Shown: positions 13,170-26,804 of the stretch, piece after piece
Layout: every line of letters begins with the position of its first letter
Position numbering within the stretch: the first letter of the stretch is position 1
Assembly: GCA_964016885.1 (NCBI GenBank)
Contig: OZ024743.1
Span: 120,156,001-120,220,000 of the forward strand
Direction: 5' to 3'
Length of the DNA stretch: 64,000 nt
Source: Eledone cirrhosa
Lineage: Eukaryota
The notes under the pieces: model-generated
What the model was told of the DNA's origin: nothing
What the model saw: the letters and a program-made list of their open reading frames with translations, nothing else
Database searches by the model: none
Position numbers and translations under genes: made by a program

Positions 13170-13690
13170 ATACCCGTCAACATGACAGTGTCTTCTGTTT
13201 CTTCCAACCATCCTACTCGGAGTCTACCCACTGGATCTTCTGCTGGTTAGTTTTGCCTGTAAAATCTGTCCAGTGATGAATTCCTGAGACTTTCTGATCT
13301 CCGAGCTACCCACTGTCGTCTAACGTTATTCCCAAAACCCTTCGGATGAACCCCATTTTGGCCGGTTGTATTCGCGATCGTATTTTTTCAGTCACTACCC
13401 AAGATTCATGACCTTAGGTAAGGGTTAGCACGAATACCAAATTGAAGATAGCAAGTTTGGCTTTCACACCTACCATACCTCCCTTCTTCTAATGCGCGAA
13501 TACTGAAGCTGGAGCATAACTGCACTAGATCCAGCAATTCTTGCACGTACTTCAGCATCCTGCCTTCCATCACTCGTGAACATGGCCCCAAGATACTTGA
13601 ACTTTTCCACATGCTTCAGTGAAACTCCATTCACATGTAGAGTGCAGGACGCAGGATTCCTTGATAAGGCGAGACTCTCATCCTTGATTT
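13170..13690 (-). mobile_element. RTE-clade LINE fragment
   Basis: ORF 13470..13757: VNGVSLKHVEKFKYLG…DAEVRARIA, typical of the RTE post-RT region. Confidence 0.75.
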
Positions 13691-13978
13691 TCATACCAGC
13701 CGTGCAGTGCTTGACATCAACCCTATCAAGTGTTGGTTGGAGATCACCTTTTGTCACATTAGTAATACCATGTCATCGGCCAACTCCAGCTAACTGATCC
13801 TACACCAGCCAGTTCTGCATGTTGTCAACTTGTGCATTGAATCAATATTGTTCTTGAATGCCTATTGTACTTTCGTATCATCATCATAGCTGGTATGAGT
13901 GGTTGTCTATCTATACAACTGATGGCGTGACTAACATAGCCATTGCAGACTGCAGTGATGCCCCCACCACACACACAC

Positions 13979-14088
<110 letters not shown>

Positions 14089-14520
14089 ACACCTCAAAGA
14101 CAATTTCCAAAGTGACTCCACCTTCTATTTCAGCTTTCATTAAGAGGACAACTGTCGTGCAACCCCATTCTCCTAATTTTCTAGCTATGCCGAGGTCACG
14201 TACCATTCCATGATCAACTTTGTCAAGTCTTCGCAAATTAAAGATATATCATACTATATCCATCCACGTTTAAGGAGTGAAACAGCTGTTTTATCACCCA
14301 GTCATAATATTCTAGAAGCTGTGTGAGACAGCTTCTTAACGCATGAAAACCATGCTAGATGTCAATAGTGAAGTCATTTTCTTGTAGGAACGTAATCAGC
14401 TTCTTCCTAAATATTCTATGACTTTACTAATGCGCAATGTCAGAGTGATAGGCCTGTAATTTTTAGCATCTACTCTACTTCTCTCTTCATGGATAGGAGA
14501 TATCTCTTCCTTTCTTCAGT

Positions 14521-14699
<179 letters not shown>

Positions 14700-16427
14700 T
14701 ATATATATATGAGTTTATATTCATATACACAAATATTTACATATATGTATTTTTACACACACGCGTGGTGTTGGGGGCGAGGGGGGTGCTGGGGATCTTT
14801 CGCGGTTCAACAGCTAACAACCAGTTTCTCTGAATTTAAACACTTATAACATTCCATTACCGGCAGCAGTTTTCCCTTATTCCTGTGATTATACAATAAA
14901 ACCAACAAAAATATCAAGTATAACACCAACAGCAACTACAGCAGCAGTAGTAACATGAATATATTCACATTATTCGGTCGTGTTTTTTTTTTGTTTTTTG
15001 TTTTGGTTTTTTGGTTTTGTTTTTGTTTTTGTTGTTTTTTTTCCTAATTTTAAAAAGTTTCGGTGTGAGTGATGTGTGTGTTAATGTATGCCGGTGTGTA
15101 TGCGTGCTTGTGAAGTTATTATTATTTTTTTTTGTTCATTTTATTTTGTTTTATTTTTTAATTTTCTCTTATTTTTCTTCGTTTCCTTCCAGTTTGAAAA
15201 GATTTACAAATTATTCATGCTCTCCTACCATTTTTCACTATTAAAATCTCCACGATATTAAATGTCTTAAAAAATATTTTAAGAAATTTTTTTACTTTAA
15301 TTTTTTTTATGAATTTTAGCAGCAATATCAGATATTAACACTGAATTTTGTTATGGTTTTACTGTTGTTATTTATAGATGTTTATTTTTTGTTGTTGATG
15401 TTGTTGTGGGGAGTGAGCATGTAAATGTGTTTTTGTTTTTAATTTTTATGCTTAAAATCAGCTTTATTTTCAATATCGTGCAGAATTTTTCGTTCATTAT
15501 TCCAAATAAGGTTATTTAAATCTTTGTGTATGTTTTTTCCTTCTGATGCTGTTATTTTTCTTTGTATCTTTTTTTTTTAAATTTTCGCCAATTGCCGCCT
15601 GTACAGCCAATTTTGAAATGGTCGAGATTCTATATAATATTAGCTGCTGTGCTACTAACTAACATTAACATCATACCGCTACACCACTTCCGCCAGCACC
15701 ACGCTTCATCAAAACCACTTCCATCATTATCATAACTTTCAACACAGCCAACGTCAACACTATCACCACCAGCAGTACCACTACCACCACACTTCCATCA
15801 TCATCAGGATGTTCAATACAACCAGCATCAACACCACCACTACAACAACAACTTCGATAACAACAAACCAACCGTCAGAAAACCGTATATCTTTCCATTT
15901 CAATTTAGTTATATTGAAGTGACGGCAGACACAGCAAATAACTTACAACACAAACACATACACAAATACACAAATACACACATATACAAACACATATACA
16001 AACACATACTCATTCACTCACTCACTCACGTACTCAAACACATACGCACGCTCTATTGTCAGTCGATCTTGGCGGTGGAATAACTTCTTCATCTTAAGTT
16101 TTTTCTTAACGAGCAAATAGATTGGAAGGGATCTAATTCATACAACACCGCACTTTCAGCACCACCAGCGCAAATCAATGTTTTCAATGCTGGGGCCTCT
16201 TTGGCCTGCTTAAAACAATAGCCAAATCTTCCTTAAATCAAACATATCCTTTCGATCTTAAAAAAGTAAAAGAATATTGGCTAATTTAGTCCTAAATACC
16301 TCTAACAATGTGGGATTGTCACGACTGGAATTCGTTTCTACATTGGTCTGTACTTTCAGGATTGATCTAAATCAATATTTTGCTCATGAAGCGGCATTGA
16401 TCTAGCAGAATACGAAGCACCAGATTG

Positions 16428-16620
16428 CAGAACTGCCAACCCTTAAAAACCCAAACGGGAAGTACCATGAAAAAAGTGCCCCCAAACGGAGAGAAATGAG
16501 GCAAAATGGGGAGATTTTACATAATGAAAGCTATTCCCATTTTCACAAGCGAAGACATCGCTCACCTACCCCAAAGAGGGTGGGAGATCTCCCTGTTGGA
16601 CGAAGAGAGTTGATAGATCT
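16428..16620 (+). mobile_element. About 195-bp MITE with CAGAxCTGCCAAC-type ends (hAT-like); second copy at 41152-41348
   Basis: Two clearly homologous copies; imperfect TIRs cagagctgccaac / gttgacagggcc. Confidence 0.65.
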
Positions 16621-16840
16621 AAGATGGATGCCTTATAGCAATCAACAACTTCTTTATATTTTAAGATTTAATTAATAATTGTCCCATTGAGATCGATAAG
16701 ATAAATATCTAGTAATATACTGTAGACGATCCAATCAGACAGGCATTCTCTTCTCAAGAAAACACTAGTTTATTTTTAGTTAAAGAAATCAAATAATCAT
16801 TTTAAAAGAAACGGTATAAAAGTCAAGGATGATATTTCAC

Positions 16841-16875
<35 letters not shown>

Positions 16876-16975
16876 CTTGAAATTTAGTCCGCGCTTGCTT
16901 CTTTTCCATTCACTGAATTATTTTTGTTTGAGATCCCTGTGTCCGCCTATCGCCTGAGATCTTAACAGAGAATTG

Positions 16976-17053
16976 ACTCCCTGATGAAGAAAGAAATTCT
17001 CCATAGCTTTGAACACTATGTATATCCCCTTTCAGAAACTAATTAGTTGGAGT
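16976..17053 (+). ncRNA. Type I hammerhead ribozyme motif
   Basis: ACTCC-CTGATGA-a-GAAAG…CTTTC-a-GAAA-CTAATTA-GTT-GGAGT: perfect 5-bp stem I, intact core, 5-bp stem II, palindromic stem III (ACTAATTAGT). Confidence 0.75.
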
Positions 17054-17101
17054 GAAACTTAAGTAAGTAAGTTAATTATTATAATTTTCTTATTTTACGT
17101 C

Positions 17102-17170
<69 letters not shown>

Positions 17171-17619
17171 TATATCCCGGGTTCAATCGGGGATAACCAC
17201 AGTAAGTAAGGTACTCAATACATAGCAGAGTAAAAGTAATTTAATATAGAAATGGCTTCTACAGGACTAAAAATTTTCATTCGGAGGAAATCATCTAGTC
17301 CTGTAGAAGCCATTTCTATATTAAATTATATATATATATATGTGTGTGTGTCGTATGGATGCTAGGATGCGTCCATAGGCAGTATGCTGGTTGAGCCCTC
17401 TATGCTCCTTCGGAGCAGAGTATGATAAAATGGAGAACGAAGAATCAGTGATGCATCGGAACGCAATTTATTACGTATTACAATTGTTTCTCCGGCGAAC
17501 AGCTGGAGGTGCAGTCTGTTTGTGGATCGAACCTGACTCTGGATTCGCAAGTTCCTCAGATACGTCTAGCGATTTCGAAGCAAATTCTCTTTCTGCTGGG
17601 CTCCGACTCATATATATAT

Positions 17620-17812
17620 AGGAAAATGTTCAAGACCCCGACGGTAGAGCTCAAGCTGTTTCGACGGCTATTTCTGTACGTCCAGAAATAGCCGTCGAAA
17701 CGGCTTGAGCTCTGCTGTCGGGGTCTTGAACATTTTCCTATTGCCCACTCTACTACCCTAAGTATTGAGTACTCTGGTGCGTTATGGTCCTCCTGGTTCC
17801 TTACCATACTTC
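17620..17812. mobile_element. (TA)n-embedded fold-back repeat, family B; copies at 18363-18535, 21893-22077, 22960-23165
   Basis: Shared segments gaccccgacggcagagctcaagccgtttcgacggcta and cccactctactaccctaagtattgagta, arranged as inverted arms. Confidence 0.7.
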
Positions 17813-17817
17813 CTTAG

Positions 17818-17893
<76 letters not shown>

Positions 17894-18131
17894 AATGAAA
17901 CAATGGAGTTAAGGACTTGCGTTTAGCCCTGCAATTTAATGAGCTCAAGGAAAAAATTACCAGGCTCTTCAAAATGCAATATGGAGAGGAGAATACACGA
18001 AAGAGTTTATTATCAATTACAGGGGGTATAAGGCTGCTAGAGTGAAAAACATAAAAGTACGAAAGGTATGGGAAATACATTATAATTAAAGAGATAAATT
18101 AAAATGCATAACCCACCTTTATAACTATACC

Positions 18132-18189
<58 letters not shown>

Positions 18190-18192
<3 letters not shown>

Positions 18193-18352
18193 ATAATAAT
18201 AAATGTGAAGACTAAAATCCAAAGAGGGCTCGATAGAGCAAATATTTATTAAAATAACAGATTAAAGTTTAAGCACAGAATCGCTGCTTTCACACTGACG
18301 ATCCCGTTAAGGGTGAAACCAGCGATTCTTTGCTTAAACTTTAATCTGTTAT
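18190..18352. mobile_element. (TA)n-embedded repeat, family C; copies at about 19630-19700, 22657-22715, 39050-39155, 60695-60797
   Basis: Shared gatcccgttaagggtgaaagcagcgattctttgcttaaactttaatctgttattttaata. Confidence 0.7.
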
Positions 18353-18686
18353 ATATATATAGTAAAAAGTATGACCCCGACGGCAGAGCTCAAGCCGTTT
18401 CGACGGCTATTTCCTCGAAACGACTTGAGCTCTGCCGTCGGGGTCATACTTTTTCTTATTTCCCACTCTACTACCCTAAGTATTGAGTACTCTGGTGCGT
18501 TATGGTCCATCTGGTTCCTTACCACAATTCCTTTGTTATATATATATATATATATATATTGAGTATGTGTTGGTTGTTTACCGACACCTCAGTATGCAGA
18601 TTGGAGCACTCGACGAAGTACGCAGGCTGGTTTGTTTACTCCGGAGTAATGTAAAATAAGTAAGTCAAACATGTTTGACTTACTTA

Positions 18687-18766
<80 letters not shown>

Positions 18767-19095
18767 AAAAACAACAACACAGGAGTACAAGATGCGTGTG
18801 TGTTTGTGAGTGTATGTGTGAGTGCTTGGGTGTGCGTGCGTGTACGTGTACATATATATAAATATATGAAATTGTTTTCTTTTTGGTATTCCTTGCTGTT
18901 GTTATATACTGTAGCTGGCATACACCTGGTCTATATATTGCTCACGGTGTTTCCATGAATATCTAAATGAATTCACTCTGATAGAGGGAATTAATTCATT
19001 TCTCGCATCATTAAGTGTATAGGGTCTGCCTCAGATAATTCAAATTGTGTTGCCAAGATGCAGCTACAACTTCGATGGAAAACATGAAATGAAAT

Positions 19096-19127
<32 letters not shown>

Positions 19128-19697
19128 ATAAAGTTATATCTGTAAATATACAGAATAGAAGTCACTGCGTAAATGTGTATTGACGTTTACAGATTTTTGT
19201 TATGTACACATGTAAACATACCAAATACGAATTTCCGTCTAAATTGAAAAGCATCTTTAATGAAAAGTATCTTTAACAGGTTTTCAAACCAAGTAGGGCT
19301 TTTTTCTCTAGCTCTATATCTGAATATATACAAATCTAACTTTATCATATAACTCGGTTGCTTAGCGCGCAAATCAATGATATTTATAAATACAAACGCC
19401 GTGTATAATTTTAATCAGTTATTCCGATGATTTGATTGGGCATACATTGTATTTAAAATTGAGTGACACAATTTCAAGTGATTAGCAATTTTTAGACACC
19501 CTAATCAATGAAACAATTTTTAATATTGTAAATAAAACCCTTTTTGTACTGTTGACCATGTTATTCTTCACTCTTTCACTATATACGTTTTTTGAAATAT
19601 CCACTTCTGCGTTTACAGATTGACTTTGTTAGTTTCAGAAGATCCCGTTAAGGGTGAAAGCAGCGATTCTTTGCTTAAACTTTAATCTGTTATTTTA

Positions 19698-19781
<84 letters not shown>

Positions 19782-19834
19782 CCAAAAGTTTAACAAAGTT
19801 CGTTGATTAATCAATGAATAAAGTTTTACAATAG

Positions 19835-20185
19835 ATTAGAAGCATGTAAATGTACGGTTAAAGCAAATAACATTACCTACAACTACATAGGTGCAACTTC
19901 ATCGAGCTTTAAACTGAGATTTTCCAATCATAAACATTCTTTTTCTAATCTGGATAAGAAATTTTTCTACTTCTTTATCACAACTAATATGGTCTTTAAA
20001 AAAGAAAAATTTAAAATACTCAATATTTTGGTCCAAGCTTCGCAACTGCCAAGTCTACCAAAATTGTTCTATTTATCCTAACTGCAATCTTTGCAATACC
20101 GAGACTCTATTAATAATTGCTAATTATGGTAATTTAATTAACAAAAAAAGTGAATTATTCTCAAACTGCCTGCACAAATCTTCAT
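19835..20185 (+). mobile_element. Penelope-like GIY-YIG endonuclease fragment (one frameshift)
   Basis: Manual translation: YIGATSSSFKLRFSNHKHSF…STSLSQLIWSLK…CNLCNTE…LINKKSELFSNCLH. Confidence 0.75.
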
Positions 20186-20683
20186 CTACATTTCAAGCAT
20201 CATATAAAATTAGGAAAAAACATTGAATAAGTGTGAAATGATTTTGACTCTTATTAATAATTCCGAGTGTGAAATGATATTGACTCTGAATAATTATTCT
20301 TGCAATGCTTTTATTATTATTGCTATTATTAATATTGGATATAAGGTTTCTACCTAACCATAGAAATTGTTTACTTGCTCTCTTATAGAATATGTTAATC
20401 TCTAGATTGTTTAAATACACTTAGTTTTGATTTTGCATTTTTTAAACCTTCTATCTTATAAATTTGATACCTGTAATGTCTTCAGACTCGTAAACCGTTT
20501 TATTACTTTAAATATTTGTTTACGTCGTACGAAGATATTGTTTACATTTATCATATAAAAGTTTCGTTTTATCTAAATTGATTAATAATCTGTACTTAAC
20601 TTGATGTATAATTTTGAATACAGTAAAATCTAGTGAAATCAAAATTATAACACTCTTAAGTGTAATTATAACTAATAATTAAT

Positions 20684-20865
20684 TGGATTGGCAGTATCGG
20701 TAGAGGGTCAGACGCCATGCTTTCCAGCATAGTTACGTCCCTTTACGATCTGAGTTCAAATCCCGCCGAGGTTGACTTTGCCTTTCATCCTTACGGGGTC
20801 GATAAAATAAAGTACCAGTAATGCACTGGGTATTTGCTGGCCTTGTGCCTAAAGTAGAAACAATT
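20684..20865 (+). mobile_element. tRNA-derived SINE, family 1
   Basis: A box TGGCAGTATCGG, B box GAGTTCAAATCC, conserved body gcctttcatccttacggggtcgataaaataaagtaccag. Confidence 0.9.
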
Positions 20866-21754
20866 ATATATAATTGACAAATATCGATTTAAATCTTATA
20901 GTTTATATAAAAACTATACAAATGCTTATATCTAAATAAATCTGGTTTAATAATATATTTATTACATTTATAAGCTTTATGGTTAGTTAGTAACATTTTT
21001 AATTTTGATCTTTCTAACTAAATTATTGACTATATTTAATAATTTAAATATACTCTTGATTACCCTTGGAATTATGTTAAATTATCTTTTTCATTATCTT
21101 TTTCACTATATATTTGTTTTAATTTTGATATAATACAATAATATAGGTTCTTCCAAATATTATAATCTAAAAATTTCAAGTTATTTAATTAATAGATTAG
21201 TTCTAATTAACTTAATATTTGAAAGAAAACGGTCACGCATCATATACCTTGATTCTCCTTCTCCTTATGTAATTATATGTTACCACACATATCTCCCTTT
21301 CTTTGTTTTTACTATCATCTCTCTTTCCTTTTCTTTCTCTCCTCTAGTTAACTCTCTCGCTCTCTCTCTCTTACTCCTTCTATAATACGGAGGTTTACAT
21401 ATTTTATTATTTAAATTTTTAACAGTTATGTAGTTATATGTTTATATTTCTTACTTGCCTTTATATATACTTATTATATTTATTATTATATATTTTGTAT
21501 ACACCTTTTCCTACGTACCCTCTCTATTATATGTAGTTTTTCATGTTACAACTTATGGTATATAAATATTGAGTTTTGTCATAACTAATCACTGCCAAGA
21601 CTGGAATTGAACCATCAGCACAGTTGAGGTATGTCAGAGATCAATTTATTTTATCTGATGAGGACGTACTGATGAAATAGCTCAGTACCTCTGAAATATG
21701 TATAATAAAATATATTTGATCACATGAATGTCTATATTTATTAATATTTTGAAG

Positions 21755-21816
<62 letters not shown>

Positions 21817-22073
21817 ACACACACACACACACACAGATGTGTGTGTGTGTGTATATGTATATATATATATATATATATGTATATGTATATATATAAAACA
21901 AAGAGGGTGTGGTAAGATAACAGGTGGACCATAAGGCACCAGATTACTCAACAGTTAGGGTAGTAGAGTGGGTCGGGGGTCCTTACTCTTTTGCTACCCA
22001 CTCTACTACCCTAAGTGTTGAGTAATCTGGTGCCTTATGGTCCACCTGTTATCTTACCACACCCTCTTTGTTT

Positions 22074-22163
<90 letters not shown>

Positions 22164-22201
22164 TATAAACACACACACACACTCATATATATGTGTGTGT
22201 T

Positions 22202-22330
<129 letters not shown>

Positions 22331-22586
22331 TAAAACATGTCTATAGAATCGCTAGATAAAATATATACCGTTTCCTCTCCCAATTAGCATAATTAACCAT
22401 ATAAAAAATCAATTAGACCAAGCTATAAGAATAAAGGCTCCTATGAAGAAATCTCCGACAAATAACCGAAAGCAGCCCTTCGCGGCGGTTGCGACGGAGT
22501 ATTTATCGAACATTTCGACAACATGTATAAATCGACCGGATATACAGTCAACTAAACAGAATTAGGTGTAAAATAAATTAGAAGAA

Positions 22587-22658
<72 letters not shown>

Positions 22659-22927
22659 ACAGGTTAAAGTTTAAGCAAAAAATCGTTGTTTTCACCCTTA
22701 ACGGGATCTTCTGAAATATATATATATATATATAAATATAAATTAGCGAGAATCGTATTTCGGCTTAAGAATTAACGAAAAACAACTTCCGAGATGTGTG
22801 GCAAGCGCTCGATGATTCAGATGAATCAGAGCTACAACATACGTTAAGGGCCGAACACACTGAGATGATGGTTACAGCCAAAGAAACGACCAAGTAATTC
22901 AGGTCAAACAATAAAAATATATGTGAT

Positions 22928-22961
<34 letters not shown>

Positions 22962-23173
22962 CGGAAGAAATGTGGTAAGGAACCAGGTGGACCATAACGC
23001 ACCAAAGTACTCAATACTTAGGGTAGTAGAGTGGGTAATAGGAACGAGTAGGACCCCGACGGCTGAGCTCAAGCCGTTTCGACGGCTAATTCTGGACTAA
23101 ATTCTAGTCCAGAATTAGCCGTCGAAACGGCTTGAGCTCAGCCGTCGGGGTCCTACTCGTTCCTATATATATA

Positions 23174-23226
<53 letters not shown>

Positions 23227-23279
23227 ACATACATGGTGGTAATTGCTGGCATTATGTCAAAAGTAGAAACAATTATTAT

Positions 23280-23495
23280 AAACTCATGGCTATGCCACCA
23301 CGAGTATCTGATCTTCAGACCTAATGGGCAAATGGAGAGTATGTGCTTCACCATTCCAGCCATCCCGCAATTGCACAGACCACCTTTTTTTCTATTTTCC
23401 AACGATTTAGGTTTGTTGATCTCCCATGTGTTAGCTGTGAGGTCTATGTTGAAGATAATGAGATCGACAGATGAGCATCTGATACGAGTGGAATG
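23280..23495 (-). mobile_element. RLE-type (Hero/NeSL-like) LINE fragment
   Basis: ORF 23163..23402: CNCGMAGMVKHILSICPLGLKIRYSWWH, a CCHC knuckle followed by an RYxWRH-like motif. Confidence 0.6.
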
Positions 23496-23636
23496 ATGAC
23501 TGATAAATAGATAGTGGTATCAGAGGTGATAGTAGTTGTGGTAAGAGTGGCAGATTGAAAGTTGCGAAAGTGATGGAAACCTCCGGTATTCAAGCATCTT
23601 CGTATAGAATGTTGTAATCAAGAAATGATTAAATTG

Positions 23637-23805
23637 CCGTATTTCCCGGTGTCGAAGACGCTTCGTCCTCGAGGACGCACCCTAATTAGGTCAACCAAAA
23701 ATTTAAAAAAAAAATAATAGACAACCTTTGGCCTCCAAGACGCATGATAGATTTTTGAGACTTATTTTAGGAAAAATGTAGCGTCTTCGACGCCGGGAAA
23801 TACGG
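23637..23805. mobile_element. Tc2/pogo-like MITE
   Basis: TIRs ccgtatttcccggtgtcgaagacgc / gcgtcttcgacgccgggaaatacgg; TA on the right flank. Confidence 0.75.
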
Positions 23806-25046
23806 TAAATATTTTTTACTATACACCCATCCTTGTTAACAGATATTATACTGGAAATATCGAAATAAAACAGCTCAAATGTAACATCCCTCTCATCAGC
23901 TATCCCTGGGTTCAACAAAATTTATTTTTTAAAGATATGTGTGGGGGGGGGGGGGGGGGGGGGCAACGTTTCAGTGTTTTTACCTTCCAGCCGTTATACA
24001 CTCTGGTCTTTTTCAAGAGTCTGTTTAATTCAGAAATGTTTTTGGAACTTCGAACCACACTCGTTAATTAAAACCATTTGATTGTCCAATGTTTGATATA
24101 TCATATTAGTTATTAGTTACTTGTGATATCGCTTGGTTGTACCGCTTATAGTAAAGTATAGCAAAATAGCTGATACATTTCTATAACTATAATGGTTTGT
24201 CCGAATCGGAACCAATGTATCGCAGGTGTCATTTCTCCAAAATATTACATACATACTCCCGTTTTATTTTGTTTGTTTGTTTTAAGACGAAAACAAAAAT
24301 TGACTTTAGAAATTGCTGAAAATGTTTTGATCCATAATATTTGTCAGCATGATGACTATGTAGTTAATATATTAGACTTGTGATCCAACCTTTACTTCTA
24401 GCAAGACAAATTACTTGCCTCAATGATGTGTTTTGCTACAAAGAGCAGTCATTTAACTGTAAATAACAAATTGCTCTAAAACAATTTTTGTTAACGGTTG
24501 GGAAAGATAGGGAAAAAAAAGTTAAAACAGAACATGAAGATTAATAAATTTCATGCAAATATGACATCTTTACAGTTGGATTCAGAGTGACTCAGATTAC
24601 TAAAGGTTAAGGGCTCAATATTTGGGAGGGTCGCGGGTGCAAGTTAAAACATTAGCCATGCACAGCATTGATAACATAGCTAAGATATCATGCAATAAAT
24701 TGTAAAATACGAAAATATATACACACATAATAGCCGTAGAGGGAGTCTTTATCTGGTTTCTCGACCTGCTAGACATAGCTGCCAACTCTCCCCCAAACTA
24801 CACCGCTATTGCGTCGGATTTAAAGCTCAGTAGACGTTTTGCTCCTGGTCATATGAATAATGTCTTAGATATATATATATATATATATCCCCTCCCCAAT
24901 TTCATTAATAACCCGTCCGTTATCACACACGCGCTTGTACATTCACCCCTAGATTCCTATGGCTCTCTTATGGTCAGAAACATATACTCTTACAGCTAAT
25001 ACAGACCAACAAAATACGCACACTCCACTTTTCACTTCACAGCTCT

Positions 25047-25132
<86 letters not shown>

Positions 25133-25557
25133 ATATTAACAGACCTTTGCTCATAGCTTCGTACTCACAAGCACACACACATTCTTTTACTTACATATAC
25201 ACACACATATCCTCTTAGCTTCGAATGGCGTATAATAACACGCGCGCGCACAAATATAGCTCTTTATACAAAAAGGTATTTTTTTCCATTTCAGGTAGAC
25301 GCGCTCCATCATCCACTTCTCTAAAAAGATATATCATACACAAAACGCCTGCATCAACGGTTTTCCAAGAGATGACAACATTAATGGACTTTTCTCTAAA
25401 AACATTTTTTCCAATTCCTCCCCGCCCGTCGCTTCAATCTTTCTAATTTCTCATTCTTTCTAGCGTCCGAAACGTTAAGACCCTTTTCCTGTTATTTCAA
25501 GCGTTAACCTAATATATTCCTTCCATATACTGTACCGATTGTGTTATTTCTGTTTAC

Positions 25558-25589
<32 letters not shown>

Positions 25590-26804
25590 AATATACAAAT
25601 ATATACATATATATATATATATATATATGAATCAACATCAATTTTGACGGTGGGTGTTCTCTAGATATTATGTAATTTATATATATAGTTTTCACTACAT
25701 CATTTTATATTTATTTATTATAAATTAAATTTGTAAAATATATCTATTTTCAATAAGAACAATGTGGTTATAAACAGATGTAACCGAACAGCACAAGGTA
25801 TTTTTGATTTACAATTGAATATGTCAAATCTCACCGACAAATATATAATGGAAATAGGAATAAGTCACAAAAACAACACCAAGACAAGAAATTAGAAATT
25901 CATGTTATAAATATGATGCTCGGAGAAATGAAAAAAAATAAACCAAACTGTTTTGATGTTTCGGTCCTTCGGAAAAAAAGGAAAGCAGGGAGAAAATTAA
26001 CGAGAGTGAATAGAGAGACATAAAGTGGGAAGTAAGAAGAGAGAAAAATATTATTCCCCGTGTATTTTCTTTTACATAGGGATCGTGTTGAAAATAACCG
26101 GAGGTAATGATGGGAGCATTTTGAGCAAATGAAAAGGATGTGTGTTTGTGCGCGCGTTTTCAGTATGTACGTGTGTTTTAGTGTATACATTGGGCAGAAT
26201 CGTTAGAACGTCGGAGAGAATGGTTTGCGATTTTTGTTCCAGTTCTTTGCTCTCTGAGTTCAAATCCCGCCGTGGTCAACTCTGCTCTTCATCCTTTCGT
26301 TGTCAATAAAAAAAGTACCAGTCTAATACTGAGGTCGATTCTTCCTCTATATCTCATTCTCAGTTCCCTTCTCTCACTCTCTAAACCTTCTCTGGAAGAA
26401 ATCTGCTGTATTCAGACCTGGAAAGAAGATGGGCTTCGCAATGTTTTAAAATGCCCAAGAAACGCCACGCCATATGTCAATACGGCGACCTTACGACACT
26501 CTTATGTGTTACGGGAAAAGAAAGAAGGAGAATGTTGTCTGGGAGTTTTTTTTTTTGTTTTGTTTTATTTTTCTTGTCGTCTGTGTGAGTGTTGATTCAT
26601 GTTTTAGTGTTTGCATAGCGAAAGATTGAGGTGACGAGTTTGTGTGTAAGTGCAATGTATAAGAGAATTAACAGTGTCGTGTATATGAAGGAATTAGCAG
26701 AATGTAAGAGGTGTGTGTTTGTGAATGTGTGTTATGTTCTTATTCTTTTTTTTTTTTTTTTTTTTTGTATGTATCATCAGTGTAGATAGTGTGTGCGTGT
26801 GTAT

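Noticed and set aside
18295-18330. Apparently canonical CTGACGA hammerhead core
   Set aside because: It lies at the fold-back junction; sister copies read CAGAAGA, so the match is probably incidental
20684-20770. tRNA-like A and B boxes (also at 30050, 49030, 44600-44686)
   Set aside because: These are SINE heads attached to repeat bodies, several with TSDs; there is no complete cloverleaf
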